Of a DNA stretch of 21,490 nt, positions 1-7,973 are shown one piece after another. Numbering within the stretch: position 1 is the stretch's first letter; each line of letters starts with the position of its first letter. The stretch lies in the IMG/VR virus record IMGVR_UViG_2711768030_000006. One strand, written 5' to 3'. Position numbers and translations under genes: made by a program. The notes beneath the pieces are model-generated. The model did no database searches. It was not told the DNA's origin and was given only the letters and a program-made list of their open reading frames with translations. Source of the stretch: a virus. Its lineage: Duplodnaviria > Heunggongvirae > Uroviricota > Caudoviricetes.

Positions 1-1284
1 TTACTTCTTCGCCTCTGCAACCACTTTGCTACCCACGCCGCGGTTATTGTATTCCCACATGCGGTTGTAGTTAGTGTCATTCAGATTGCGCTGTATTTCG
101 TCGCTATCGTCAACGCTGCCGGTGTTACCCGCAAACGGACGATTAGAGATCACCGCATCGCCCCACGGTTTAGCCGTGTTAAAACCTTCGTTGATGGCGC
201 TATCACGGATCACCACCTGACCGTTGGTATTGGCATCAACATCCAGCGAGCGGCCCAGTTGTGCCACGCCATCACCGGAAGCATTGAAACGGCTGTTTAC
301 GGCGAGGAAACCGTAGTAAATGTTGGACAGCGTAGCCGGTGCAAACACATACGCTTCTTGCTGAGTACGTGAGTTCACCACGCGGAATTCGGTGTTATCG
401 AACACCACTGCGCCGCGACCAGAAACGATATCCACATCCCCTTCAATGTAGCTGTTGGTCACCAGCGTACGCGGCTGACGATTCGTTTCCAGACGGTTCT
501 GCACACCGCTGTTGGTGACAAAGAAGGTGTTCTGACGACCGAGAATGTTAACGTTGTTAATCTGTACCTGGTCACCGTCAGTACGCAGTGCCACCGCCGG
601 ATGGTTACCTGCATCTACGCTATCGCCCAGCGTGTTTTCGATGGTCAGGTTTTGCAGTTGCAGGCCATTGTTTTGTGACCAGAAGACCGCAGAACAGAGA
701 ACACCGATACTGTCGCTGCGTTTGCTCTGGCAGCTATCGTACATATACCACGCTGGTTTACCTGGCATATATTTGCCGCGCGGGTTGACGTCGTGACGCC
801 AGTCGGCAGGGCTCATGCCCCCATCAAGGGAAAGCCCAATCTTCACATCAATCGGTTTTTCACCTGTACCGTACAGAGTAATTCCACCTGGAGCAGCAGG
901 GACATACACCGTTCCCTGATACTCACCAGGCATCACGGCAATATACTGGCGCTTGTTGGTGCGCTTGATAATTGCCGCATCTACCGCCGCCTGAATCGTG
1001 GTATGCGTTACACCTTGAGTACCCGCCGGGCCGACAACAAAGTCAGGTTGCGCAGGCAGGGTTATCGGGGACGGATTCCACGCTGCAGCACCTGGTGTCA
1101 GGGATGCAAAATAGTGTTGAGCATCGAAATTCTGCGCTTCTTTTGCCGACAGAATCGGGCGAGAAGAGGTACCAGGCGCAGTTTGATCAGAAGGACGTTG
1201 ATCGGGTGGTGTTGAGCTACAGGCGGTCAGCGTCACGCCAAAAGCCAATGCCAGCGCCAGACGGGAAACTGAAAATGTGTTCAC
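1..1284 (-). CDS. ybhC: YbhC-family outer-membrane lipoprotein (pectinesterase-like, putative acyl-CoA thioesterase); host gene flanking the lambda attachment site
   Basis: Complete 427-aa minus-strand ORF (GTG start at 1284, stop at 1-3); N-terminal lipoprotein signal with LTAC lipobox; recognised as the E. coli gene adjacent to attB(lambda). Confidence 0.85.
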   Translation of the reverse strand: MNTFSVSRLALALAFGVTLTACSSTPPDQRPSDQTAPGTSSRPILSAKEAQNFDAQHYFASLTPGAAAWNPSPITLPAQPDFVVGPAGTQGVTHTTIQAAVDAAIIKRTNKRQYIAVMPGEYQGTVYVPAAPGGITLYGTGEKPIDVKIGLSLDGGMSPADWRHDVNPRGKYMPGKPAWYMYDSCQSKRSDSIGVLCSAVFWSQNNGLQLQNLTIENTLGDSVDAGNHPAVALRTDGDQVQINNVNILGRQNTFFVTNSGVQNRLETNRQPRTLVTNSYIEGDVDIVSGRGAVVFDNTEFRVVNSRTQQEAYVFAPATLSNIYYGFLAVNSRFNASGDGVAQLGRSLDVDANTNGQVVIRDSAINEGFNTAKPWGDAVISNRPFAGNTGSVDDSDEIQRNLNDTNYNRMWEYNNRGVGSKVVAEAKK

Positions 1285-1330
1285 AGGTTGCTCCGGGCTA
1301 TGAAATAGAAAAATGAATCCGTTGAAGCCT

Positions 1331-1418
1331 GCTTTTTTATACTAAGTTGGCATTATAAAAAAGCATTGCTTATCAATTTGTTGCAACGAACAGGTCACTA
1401 TCAGTCAAAATAAAATCA
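1331..1418. other. attL: lambda-type 15-bp core GCTTTTTTATACTAA (1331-1345) followed by phage P' arm
   Basis: Exact lambda att core sequence at 1331-1345, followed by the remembered P' arm sequence (CATTATAAAAAAGCATTGCTTATCAATTTGTTGCAACGAACAGGTCACTATCAGTCAAAATAAAATCATTATTTG) running into the int stop. Confidence 0.9.
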
Positions 1419-2423
1419 TTATTTGATTTCAATTTTGTCCCACTCCCTGCCTCTGTCATCACGATACTGTGATGCCATGGTGTCCGACTTATGCCCGAGA
1501 AGATGTTGAGCAAACTTATCGCTTATCTGCTTCTCATAGAGTCTTGCAGACAAACTGCGCAACTCGTGAAAGGTAGGCGGATCCCCTTCGAAGGAAAGAC
1601 CTGATGCTTTTCGTGCGCGCATAAAATACATCTCTTTGCATTTATCAAGTGTTTCCTTCATTGATATCCCGAGAGCATCAACATGCAATGCTGTTGGGAT
1701 GGCAATTTTTACGCCTGTTTTGCGTTGCTCGACATAAAGATATCCATCTACGATATCAGACCACTTCATTTCGCATAAATCACCAACTCGCTGCCCGGTA
1801 ACAACAGCCAGTTCCATTGCAAGTCTAAGCCAACATGGTGATGATTCTGCTGCTTGATAAATTTTCAGGTATTCGTCAGCCGTAAGTCTTGATCTCCTTA
1901 CCTCTGATTTTGCAGCGCGAGTGGCTGCGACCGGGTTTGTTGTTATATGGCCTTCAGCTATAGCCTCTCGGAATGCATCGCTCAGTGTTGATCTGATTAA
2001 CTTGGCTGATGCCGCCTTGCCCTCGTCTATGTATCCATTGAGCATTGCCGCAATTTCTTTTGTGGTGATGTCTTCAAGTGGAGCATCAGGCAGACCCCTC
2101 CTTATTGCTTTAATTTTGCTCATGTAATTTATGAGTGTCTTCTGCTTGATTCCTCTGCTGGCCAGGATTTTTTCGTAGCGATCAAGCCATGAATGTAACG
2201 TAACGGAATTATCACTGTTGATTCTCGCTGTCAGAGGCTTGTGTTTGTGTCCTGAAAATAACTCAATGTTGGCCTGTATAGCTTCAGTGATTGCGATTCG
2301 CCTGTCTCGGCCTAATCCAAACTCTTTACCCGTCCTTGGGTCCCTGTAGCAGTAATATCCATTGTTTCTTATATAAAGGTTAGGGGGTAAATCCCGGCGC
2401 TCATGACTTCGCCTTCTTCCCAT
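1419..2423 (-). CDS. int: Lambda-type tyrosine integrase, 334 aa (apparent 22-aa internal deletion versus 356-aa lambda Int)
   Basis: N-terminus MGRRRSHERRDLPPNLYIRNNGYYCYRDPRTGKEF and C-terminus LLGHKSDTMASQYRDDRGREWDKIEIK match lambda Int; junction KCKE-M-YFMRARK where lambda is remembered to have KCKE-ILGGETIIASTRREPLSSGTVSR-YFMRARK. Confidence 0.9.
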   Translation of the reverse strand: MGRRRSHERRDLPPNLYIRNNGYYCYRDPRTGKEFGLGRDRRIAITEAIQANIELFSGHKHKPLTARINSDNSVTLHSWLDRYEKILASRGIKQKTLINYMSKIKAIRRGLPDAPLEDITTKEIAAMLNGYIDEGKAASAKLIRSTLSDAFREAIAEGHITTNPVAATRAAKSEVRRSRLTADEYLKIYQAAESSPCWLRLAMELAVVTGQRVGDLCEMKWSDIVDGYLYVEQRKTGVKIAIPTALHVDALGISMKETLDKCKEMYFMRARKASGLSFEGDPPTFHELRSLSARLYEKQISDKFAQHLLGHKSDTMASQYRDDRGREWDKIEIK

Positions 2424-2619
2424 TTCTGATCCTCTTCAAAAGGCTACCTGTTACTGGTCGATTTAAGTCAACCTTTACCGCTGATTCGTGGAACAGATAC
2501 TCTCTTCCATCCTTAACCGGAGGAGGGAATATCCTGCACTCGCGTACCCATCGACGAACTGTTTCAAGGCTTCTTGGGCGTCGCTGGCGTGCGTTCCACT
2601 CCTGAAGTGTCAAGTACAT
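2401..2619 (-). CDS. xis: Excisionase Xis (72 aa)
   Basis: MYLTLQEWNARQRRPRSLETVRRWVRECRIFPPPVKDGREYLFHESAVKVDLNRP matches lambda Xis; overlaps int start by 23 nt as in lambda; GGAG Shine-Dalgarno upstream. Confidence 0.93.
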   Translation of the reverse strand: MYLTLQEWNARQRRPRSLETVRRWVRECRIFPPPVKDGREYLFHESAVKVDLNRPVTGSLLKRIRNGKKAKS

Positions 2620-2640
2620 CGCAAAGTCTCCGCAATTACA

Positions 2641-2666
2641 CGCAAGAAAAAACCGCCATCAGGCGG
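2641..2666 (-). terminator. Intrinsic terminator-like hairpin on minus strand between orf55 and xis
   Basis: Stem ccgcc (2653-2657) / ggcgg (2662-2666), 4-nt loop, followed on the minus strand by UUUUUUCUU (plus-strand A-run 2644-2652). Confidence 0.5.
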
Positions 2667-2826
2667 CTTGGTGTTCTTTCAGTTCTTCAATTCGAATATT
2701 GGTTACGTCTGCATGTGCTATCTGCGCCCACAGCATCCAGTGGTCATAGCAGTCGCTGATGTTCTCGGCTTCGATAACTCTGTTGAATGGTTCTCCATTC
2801 CATTCACCTGTGACTCGGAAGTGCAT
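2659..2826 (-). CDS. Lambda 55-aa hypothetical protein (orf55-like)
   Basis: 55-codon ORF (MHFRVTGEWNGEPFNRVIEAENISDCYDHWMLWAQIAHADVTNIRIEELKEHQAA) found by hand translation, not in the 60-aa-threshold ORF track; same spacing from xis as the 55-aa lambda ORF. Confidence 0.7.
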   Translation of the reverse strand: MHFRVTGEWNGEPFNRVIEAENISDCYDHWMLWAQIAHADVTNIRIEELKEHQAA

Positions 2827-2865
2827 TTATCATCTCCATAAAACAAAACCCGCCGTAGCGAGTTC

Positions 2866-2896
2866 AGATAAAAGAAATCCTCGTCAGTGCGAGGAT
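2866..2896 (-). terminator. Terminator-like hairpin on minus strand at left edge of the AT-rich island
   Basis: 7-bp stem atcctcg (2877-2883) / cgaggat (2890-2896), 6-nt loop, followed on the minus strand by UUUCUUUUAUCU. Confidence 0.35.
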
Positions 2897-3068
2897 GCTG
2901 TTCATTGCTGCTATACACTTTTTTGCTCTCAACGTAAGCGGTAGCCCATTCTGTTGGGTTGGTGCAGTTGCTTTTAGGAAATGCTATTTACCCCTTAAAT
3001 GTCGGCTGAAAGAGCTAAAATCCATGCAAAAAATTTACGCAATTTTGTGTATTATTGTGCAGTAAGTA

Positions 3069-3671
3069 ATGAGCTATTTTCTGCGCAAAAAATGGATGGT
3101 AAATTTGTCCGGGTCAGGAAAAATTTTATGGGCGCTAAACATGAAAAAAGATTCGTATCCTTATTTGATTTGCATGACAGTTTCAGGGCTGATCTTTATT
3201 TTCCTTTTCTTCTGGTGGCGGGCAGATATCTACAGGGTCACGTTTCTTAATCAGAGTATATCCCACTATTACATTCTGTTTAGCATGGGAATAGCTTTTC
3301 TGTTATCTCTGTTTTGGGTTAAGAAGGGGATAGTAAAACAAAGCGGCTGGAAGAGTCTGTCAGCATACCTTAAGGTTTATGCAGGGATGTGCATATTTGC
3401 TGGATTTTTTCTGATTATACCCCTTACGACACTAACTTATTTTTTGCCTGGAGAGACATCGTCTTATGTTGCACCGTATCGGTATACTTCCGGTAGTTCA
3501 AAAAGTTGTTCTGGAGCTGAGGTGGATGACCCCGATCTACATGAGAATATTCGCATTTGCTATCCGTATGGCAATTATGAGTACGATAATATTATCTATG
3601 TTGAAAAGAAAATTAATATATTAGGTGCGGTAGTGACATATGCACAGACCGCGCGTGATGATACTGAATGA
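3069..3671 (+). CDS. Hypothetical integral membrane protein (3 predicted TM helices plus about 70-aa Cys/Tyr-rich C-terminal domain); start uncertain (ATG at 3069, 3096 or 3141)
   Basis: 200-codon ORF in strongly AT-rich DNA (about 35% GC in sampled lines); hydrophobic segments LICMTVSGLIFIFLFFWW, YYILFSMGIAFLLSLFWV, VYAGMCIFAGFFLIIPLTTLTYFL; opposite strand to the surrounding pL operon; no recognisable lambda counterpart. Confidence 0.6.
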   Translation: MSYFLRKKWMVNLSGSGKILWALNMKKDSYPYLICMTVSGLIFIFLFFWWRADIYRVTFLNQSISHYYILFSMGIAFLLSLFWVKKGIVKQSGWKSLSAYLKVYAGMCIFAGFFLIIPLTTLTYFLPGETSSYVAPYRYTSGSSKSCSGAEVDDPDLHENIRICYPYGNYEYDNIIYVEKKINILGAVVTYAQTARDDTE

Positions 3672-3705
3672 TATAGTATATAGCGGGCAAGTTTTAGTTA
3701 ATTTA

Positions 3706-3729
3706 TCGAGGTAATATAATTTACCTCGA
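3706..3729 (+). terminator. Hairpin downstream of the membrane-protein gene (candidate terminator)
   Basis: Perfect 9-bp inverted repeat tcgaggtaa / ttacctcga with 6-nt loop, 35 nt after the stop, followed by moderately T-rich sequence. Confidence 0.35.
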
Positions 3730-3881
3730 CTCGTTTGTTCTGGTATTAATATTTCGCTTTACGACCGATTTTTATCTGATGATATCATGCGGTTTTCATA
3801 TACTGACTTACTGTCTTTTCTCCGTTAGCGATTTTCTCCTGCTCAGCGATGATTTTATCTTTGGCTTCTAGTTAATTTCGC

Positions 3882-4103
3882 TCACTTCGAACCTCTCTGT
3901 TTACTGATAAGCTCCAGATCTTGCTGGCAACTGGCACAAGTCCGACAACCCTGAACGGCCAGTCGTCTTCGTTCATCTATCGGATCGCCACACTCACAAC
4001 AATGAGTGGCAGATATAGCCTGGTGGTTCAGGCGGCGCATTTTTATTGCTGTGTTGCGCTGTAATTCTTCAATTTCTGATGCTGAATCAATTATGTCTGC
4101 CAT
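3882..4103 (-). CDS. TraR/DksA-family C4-type zinc-finger protein (73 aa; lambda Orf73-like)
   Basis: CxxC...CxxC motif (CCECGDPIDERRRLAVQGCRTCASC) and 73-aa length typical of the TraR family; sits in the pL operon. Confidence 0.75.
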   Translation of the reverse strand: MADIIDSASEIEELQRNTAIKMRRLNHQAISATHCCECGDPIDERRRLAVQGCRTCASCQQDLELISKQRGSK

Positions 4104-4163
4104 CTTTCATTAATCCCTGAATTGTTGGTTAATACGCTTGAGGGTGAATGCGAATAATAAAAA

Positions 4164-4178
4164 AGGAGCCTGTAGCTC
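4164..4178 (-). terminator. Weak terminator-like hairpin on minus strand
   Basis: 5-bp GC stem ggagc / gctcc with 5-nt loop followed on the minus strand by UUUUUUAUU. Confidence 0.25.
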
Positions 4179-4201
4179 CCTGATGATTTTACTTTTCATG
4201 T

Positions 4202-4417
4202 TCACCGTTCCTTAAAGACGCCGTTCAACATGCCGATCGCCAGGCTTAAATGAGTCGGTGTGAATCCCATCAGCGTTACCGTTTCGCGGTGCTTCTTTAG
4301 TACGCTACGGCAAATGTCATCGACGTTTTTATCCGGAAACTGCTGTCTGGCTTTTTTGATTTCAGAATTAGCCTGACGGGCAATGCTGCGAAGGGCGTTT
4401 TCTTGCTGAGGTGTCAT
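4202..4417 (-). CDS. Hypothetical small protein (71 aa from ATG 4417; in-frame ATG at 4483 would give 93 aa)
   Basis: ORF MTPQQENALRSIARQANSEIKKARQQFPDKNVDDICRSVLKK...; ATG at 4415-4417 overlaps the stop of the upstream micro-ORF (ATGA). Confidence 0.5.
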   Translation of the reverse strand: MTPQQENALRSIARQANSEIKKARQQFPDKNVDDICRSVLKKHRETVTLMGFTPTHLSLAIGMLNGVFKER

Positions 4418-4497
4418 TGAACAAGCCCCATGTCGGCAAGCATAAGCACACAGAATATGAAGCCCGCTGCCAGAAAAATGCATTCAGTGGTTGTCAT
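4414..4497 (-). CDS. Candidate 27-aa hydrophobic micro-ORF (MTTTECIFLAAGFIFCVLMLADMGLVQ)
   Basis: Start overlaps orf63 stop (ATGA at 4494-4497) and stop overlaps the next ATG (ATGA at 4414-4417); a single TM-like hydrophobic stretch. Confidence 0.3.
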   Translation of the reverse strand: MTTTECIFLAAGFIFCVLMLADMGLVQ

Positions 4498-4685
4498 ACC
4501 TGGTCTCTCTCATCTGCTTCTGCTTTCGCCACCATCATTTCCAGCTTTTGTGAAAGGGATGCGGCTAACGTATGAAATTCTTCGTCTGTTTCTACTGGTA
4601 TTGGCACAAACCTGACTCCAATTTGAGCGAGGCTATGTGCCATCTCGATACTCGTTCTTAACTCAACGGGAGATGCTTTGTGCAT
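4494..4685 (-). CDS. Lambda Orf63-like protein (63 aa)
   Basis: 63-aa ORF at the lambda-equivalent position, overlapping orf60a by 28 nt as in lambda. Confidence 0.8.
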   Translation of the reverse strand: MHKASPVELRTSIEMAHSLAQIGVRFVPIPVETDEEFHTLAASLSQKLEMMVAKAEADERDQV

Positions 4686-4840
4686 ACAGCTCCCCGTTTA
4701 TTATTTATCTCCTCAGCCAGCCGCTGTGCTTTCAGGGGATTTCTGATAACAGAAAGGCCGGGAAATACCCAGCCTCGCTTTGTAATGGAGTAGACGAAAG
4801 TGATCGCGCCTACCCGGATATTATCGTGAGGATGCGTCAT
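4658..4840 (-). CDS. Lambda Orf60a-like protein (60 aa)
   Basis: 60-aa ORF from an ATG that overlaps the exo stop (ATGA at 4837-4840). Confidence 0.75.
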   Translation of the reverse strand: MTHPHDNIRVGAITFVYSITKRGWVFPGLSVIRNPLKAQRLAEEINNKRGAVCTKHLPLS

Positions 4841-5517
4841 CGCCATTGCTCCCCAAATACAAAACCAATTTCAGCCAGTGCCTCGTCCATTTTTTCGATG
4901 AACTCCGGCACCATCTCGTCAAAACTCGCCATGTAATTTTCATCCCGCTCAACCACGACATAATGCAGGCCTTCACGCTTCATTCGTGGGTCATAGTTGG
5001 CAAAGTACCAGGCATCTTTTCGCGTCACCCACATGCTGTACTGCACCTGGGCCATGTAAGCCGACTTTATGGCCTCGAAACCACCGAGCCGGAATTTCAT
5101 GAAATCCCGGGAGGTAAACGGGCATTTCAGTTCAAGGCCGTTACCGTCACTGCATAAACCATCGGGAGAGCAGGCGGTGCGCATACTTTCGTCGCGATAG
5201 ATGATCGGGGATTCAGTAACATTCACGCCGGAAGTAAACTCAAACAGGGCTCTGGCGTCGTTCTCGTACTGTTTTCCCCAGGCCAGCGCCTTAGCATTAA
5301 CTTCCGGAGCCACACCGGTGCAAACCTCAGCCAGCAGGGTGTGGAAGTAGGACATTTTCATGTCAGGCCACTTCTTTCCTGAGCGGGGCTTTGCTATCAC
5401 GTTGTGAACTTCTGAAGCGGTGATGACGCCGAGCCGTAATTTGTGCCATGCATCATCCCCCTGTTCGACAGCTCTCACGTCGATCCCGGTATGCTGCAGG
5501 ATAATGTCCGGTGTCAT
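4837..5517 (-). CDS. exo: Lambda exonuclease (Red-alpha), 226 aa
   Basis: Full-length match to lambda Exo ([50 protein letters not shown]...); ATGA overlap with bet. Confidence 0.95.
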   Translation of the reverse strand: MTPDIILQHTGIDVRAVEQGDDAWHKLRLGVITASEVHNVIAKPRSGKKWPDMKMSYFHTLLAEVCTGVAPEVNAKALAWGKQYENDARALFEFTSGVNVTESPIIYRDESMRTACSPDGLCSDGNGLELKCPFTSRDFMKFRLGGFEAIKSAYMAQVQYSMWVTRKDAWYFANYDPRMKREGLHYVVVERDENYMASFDEMVPEFIEKMDEALAEIGFVFGEQWR

Positions 5518-6299
5518 GCTGCCACCTTCTGCTCAGTGGCTTTCTGTTTCAGGAATCCAAGAGCTTTCACTGCTTCGGCCTGTGTCAGTTCTGACGATGC
5601 GCGAATGTCGCGGCGAAATATCTGGGAACAGAGCGGCAATAAGTCGTCATCCCATGTTTTATCCAGGGCGATCAGCAGAGTGTTAATCTCCTGCATGGTT
5701 TCATCGTTAACCGGAGTGATGTCGCGTTCTGGCTGACGTTCTGCAGTGTATGCAGTATTTTCGACAATGCGCTCGGCTTCATCCTTGTCATAGATACCAG
5801 CAAATCCGAAGGCCAGACGGGCACACTGAATCATGGCTTTATGCCGTAACATCCGTTTGGGATGCGACTGCCACGGCCCCGTGATTTCTCTGCCTTCGCG
5901 GGTTTTGAATGGTTCGCGGCGGCATTCATCCATCCATTCGGTAACGCAGATCGGATGATTACGGTCCTTGCGGTAAATCCGGCATGTACAGGATTCATTG
6001 TCCTGCTCAAAGTCCATGCCATCAAACTGCTGGTTTTCATTGATGATGCGGGACCAGCCATCAACGCCCACCACCGGAACGATGCCATTCTGCTTATCAG
6101 GAAAGGCGTAAATTTCTTTCGTCCATGGATTAAGGCCGTACTGGTTGGCAACGATCAGTAATGCGATGAACTGCGCATCGCTGGCATCACCTTTAAATGC
6201 CGTCTGGCGAAGAGTGGTGATCAGTTCCTGTGGGTCGACAGAATCCATGCCGACACGTTCAGCCAGCTTCCCAGCCAGCGTTGCGAGTGCTGTACTCAT
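5514..6299 (-). CDS. bet: Bet (Red-beta) single-strand annealing protein, 261 aa
   Basis: Full-length match to lambda Bet ([48 protein letters not shown]...). Confidence 0.95.
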   Translation of the reverse strand: MSTALATLAGKLAERVGMDSVDPQELITTLRQTAFKGDASDAQFIALLIVANQYGLNPWTKEIYAFPDKQNGIVPVVGVDGWSRIINENQQFDGMDFEQDNESCTCRIYRKDRNHPICVTEWMDECRREPFKTREGREITGPWQSHPKRMLRHKAMIQCARLAFGFAGIYDKDEAERIVENTAYTAERQPERDITPVNDETMQEINTLLIALDKTWDDDLLPLCSQIFRRDIRASSELTQAEAVKALGFLKQKATEQKVAA

Positions 6300-6304
6300 C
6301 CGTT

Positions 6305-6721
6305 TTATACCTCTGAATCAATATCAACCTGGTGGTGAGCAATGGTTTCAACCATGTACCGGATGTGTTCTGCCATGCGCTCCTGAAACCCAACATCGTC
6401 ATCAAACGCACGGGTAATGGCTTTTTTGCTGGCCCCGCAGCGTTGTAAATGATCGATGCAGAGCGATTCAAACAAATGCTGGGGCAGGCCTTTTTCCATG
6501 TCGTCTGCCAGTTCTGCCTCTTTCTCTTCACGGGCGATCTGCTGGTAGTGACGTGCCCAGCTCTGAGCCTCAAGACGATCCTGAATGTAATAAGCGTTCA
6601 TGGCTGAACTCCTGAAATAGCTATGAAAATATCGCCCGCGAAATGCCGGGCTGATTAGGAAAACAGGAAAGAGGGTTAGTGAATGCTTTTGCTTGATCTC
6701 AGTTTCAGTATTAATATCCAT
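6305..6721 (-). CDS. gam: Gam, RecBCD inhibitor, 138 aa
   Basis: Matches lambda Gam ([61 protein letters not shown]...). Confidence 0.93.
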   Translation of the reverse strand: MDINTETEIKQKHSLTLFPVFLISPAFRGRYFHSYFRSSAMNAYYIQDRLEAQSWARHYQQIAREEKEAELADDMEKGLPQHLFESLCIDHLQRCGASKKAITRAFDDDVGFQERMAEHIRYMVETIAHHQVDIDSEV

Positions 6722-6819
6722 TTTTTATAAGCGTCGACGGCCTCACGAAACATCTTTTCATCGCCAATAAAAGTGGCGATAGTGAATTTAGTCTGGATAG
6801 CCATAAGTGTTTGATCCAT
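6676..6819 (-). CDS. kil: Kil host-killing / FtsZ-inhibitor peptide, 47 aa
   Basis: [47 protein letters not shown]; overlaps the gam start as in lambda. Confidence 0.85.
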   Translation of the reverse strand: MDQTLMAIQTKFTIATFIGDEKMFREAVDAYKKWILILKLRSSKSIH

Positions 6820-6952
6820 TTTTTGGGACTCCTGGCTGATTAAGTATGTCGATAAGGCGTTTCCATCCGTCACGTAATTTACGGGTGATTCGTTCAAGTA
6901 AAGATTCGGAAGGGCAGCCAGCAACAGGCCACCCTGCAATGGCATATTGCAT
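6788..6952 (-). CDS. cIII: cIII, FtsH inhibitor that stabilises cII, 54 aa
   Basis: [54 protein letters not shown]. Confidence 0.9.
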   Translation of the reverse strand: MQYAIAGWPVAGCPSESLLERITRKLRDGWKRLIDILNQPGVPKNGSNTYGYPD

Positions 6953-7024
6953 GGTGTGCTCCTTATTTATACATAACGAAAAACGCCTCGAGTGAAGCGT
7001 TATTGGTATGCGGTAAAACCGCAC

Positions 7025-7393
7025 TCAGGCGGCCTTGATAGTCATATCATCTGAATCAAATATTCCTGATGTATCGATATCGGTAATTCTTATTCCTTCG
7101 CTACCATCCATTGGAGGCCATCCTTCCTGACCATTTCCATCATTCCAGTCGAACTCGCACACAACACCATATGCATTTAAGTCGCTTGAAATTGCTATAA
7201 GCAGAGCATGTTGCGCCAGCATGATTAATACAGCATTTAATACAGAGCCGTGTTTATTGAGTCGGTATTCAGAGTCTGACCAGAAATTATTAATCTGGTG
7301 AAGTTTTTCCTCTGTCATTACGTCATGATCGATTTCAATTTCTATTGATGCTTTCCAGTCGTAATCAATGATGTATTTTTTGATGTTTGACAT
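7025..7393 (-). CDS. ea10: Ea10 protein, 122 aa
   Basis: 122-aa ORF at the lambda-equivalent position downstream of cIII. Confidence 0.8.
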   Translation of the reverse strand: MSNIKKYIIDYDWKASIEIEIDHDVMTEEKLHQINNFWSDSEYRLNKHGSVLNAVLIMLAQHALLIAISSDLNAYGVVCEFDWNDGNGQEGWPPMDGSEGIRITDIDTSGIFDSDDMTIKAA

Positions 7394-7412
7394 CTATTCA
7401 TATCCTCATAGA

Positions 7413-7439
7413 TAAAAAATCGCCCTCACACTGGAGGGC
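7413..7439 (-). terminator. Terminator-like hairpin on minus strand between ral and ea10
   Basis: Stem gccctc (7422-7427) / gagggc (7434-7439), 6-nt loop, followed on the minus strand by GAUUUUUUAUC. Confidence 0.4.
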
Positions 7440-7575
7440 AAAGAAGATTTCCAATAATCAGAACAAGTCGGCTCCTGTTTAGTTACGAGCGACATTGCTC
7501 CGTGTATTCACTCGTTGGAATGAATACACAGTGCAGTGTTTATTCTGTTATTTATGCAAAAAATAAAGGCCACTA

Positions 7576-7776
7576 TCAGGCAGCTTTGTTGTTCTGTTTA
7601 CCAAGTTCTCTGGCAATCATTGCCGTCGTTCGTATTGCCCATTTATCGACATATTTCCCATCTTCCATTACAGGAAACATTTCTTCAGGCTTAACCATGC
7701 ATTCCGATTGCAGCTTGCATCCATTGCATCGCTTGAATTGTCCACACCATTGATTTTTATCAATAGTCGTAGTCAT
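7576..7776 (-). CDS. ral: Ral restriction-alleviation protein, 66 aa
   Basis: MTTTIDKNQWCGQFKRCNGCKLQSECMVKPEEMFPVMEDGKYVDKWAIRTTAMIARELGKQNNKAA. Confidence 0.9.
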   Translation of the reverse strand: MTTTIDKNQWCGQFKRCNGCKLQSECMVKPEEMFPVMEDGKYVDKWAIRTTAMIARELGKQNNKAA

Positions 7777-7846
7777 ACGGATAGTCCTGGTATTGTTCCA
7801 TCACATCCTGAGGATGCTCTTCGAACTCTTCAAATTCTTCTTCCAT
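7760..7846 (-). CDS. Lambda orf28-like 28-aa acidic peptide
   Basis: Hand-translated MEEEFEEFEEHPQDVMEQYQDYPYDYDY; overlaps the ral start as in lambda; below the ORF-track length threshold. Confidence 0.6.
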   Translation of the reverse strand: MEEEFEEFEEHPQDVMEQYQDYPYDYDY

Positions 7847-7973
7847 GTATCACCTTAAATAGTGGATTGCGGTAGTAAAGATTGTGCCTGTCTTTTAACC
7901 ACATCAGGCTCGGTGGTTCTCGTGTACCCCTACAGCGAGAAATCGGATAAACTATTACAACCCCTACAGTTTG

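Noticed and set aside
545-1316. Plus-strand ORFs 545-796, 588-788, 793-1215 and 972-1316 inside ybhC
   Set aside because: All lie antisense to or overlap the well-supported 427-aa ybhC CDS, and their translations are low-complexity and Arg/Cys-rich; treated as chance ORFs
2718-2918. 66-aa minus-strand ORF with GTG start overlapping orf55
   Set aside because: It overlaps the lambda-like 55-aa ORF in a different frame, has a non-ATG start and no ribosome-binding site; the orf55 frame is better supported
4202-4483. Longer 93-aa version of the hypothetical protein starting at ATG 4483
   Set aside because: Its first 22 codons overlap the hydrophobic micro-ORF and read as an implausible Cys/His-rich peptide; the internal ATG at 4417 with ATGA coupling was preferred, but the longer form is not excluded
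5831-6573. ORFs 5831-6151 (-), 5862-6161 (+), 6145-6417 (+), 6259-6573 (-) inside bet and gam
   Set aside because: Alternative-frame or antisense ORFs within strongly supported Bet and Gam coding sequences
7502-7753. 83-aa plus-strand ORF between ea10 and ral
   Set aside because: Antisense to ral over most of its length, no ribosome-binding site, composition typical of a non-coding frame
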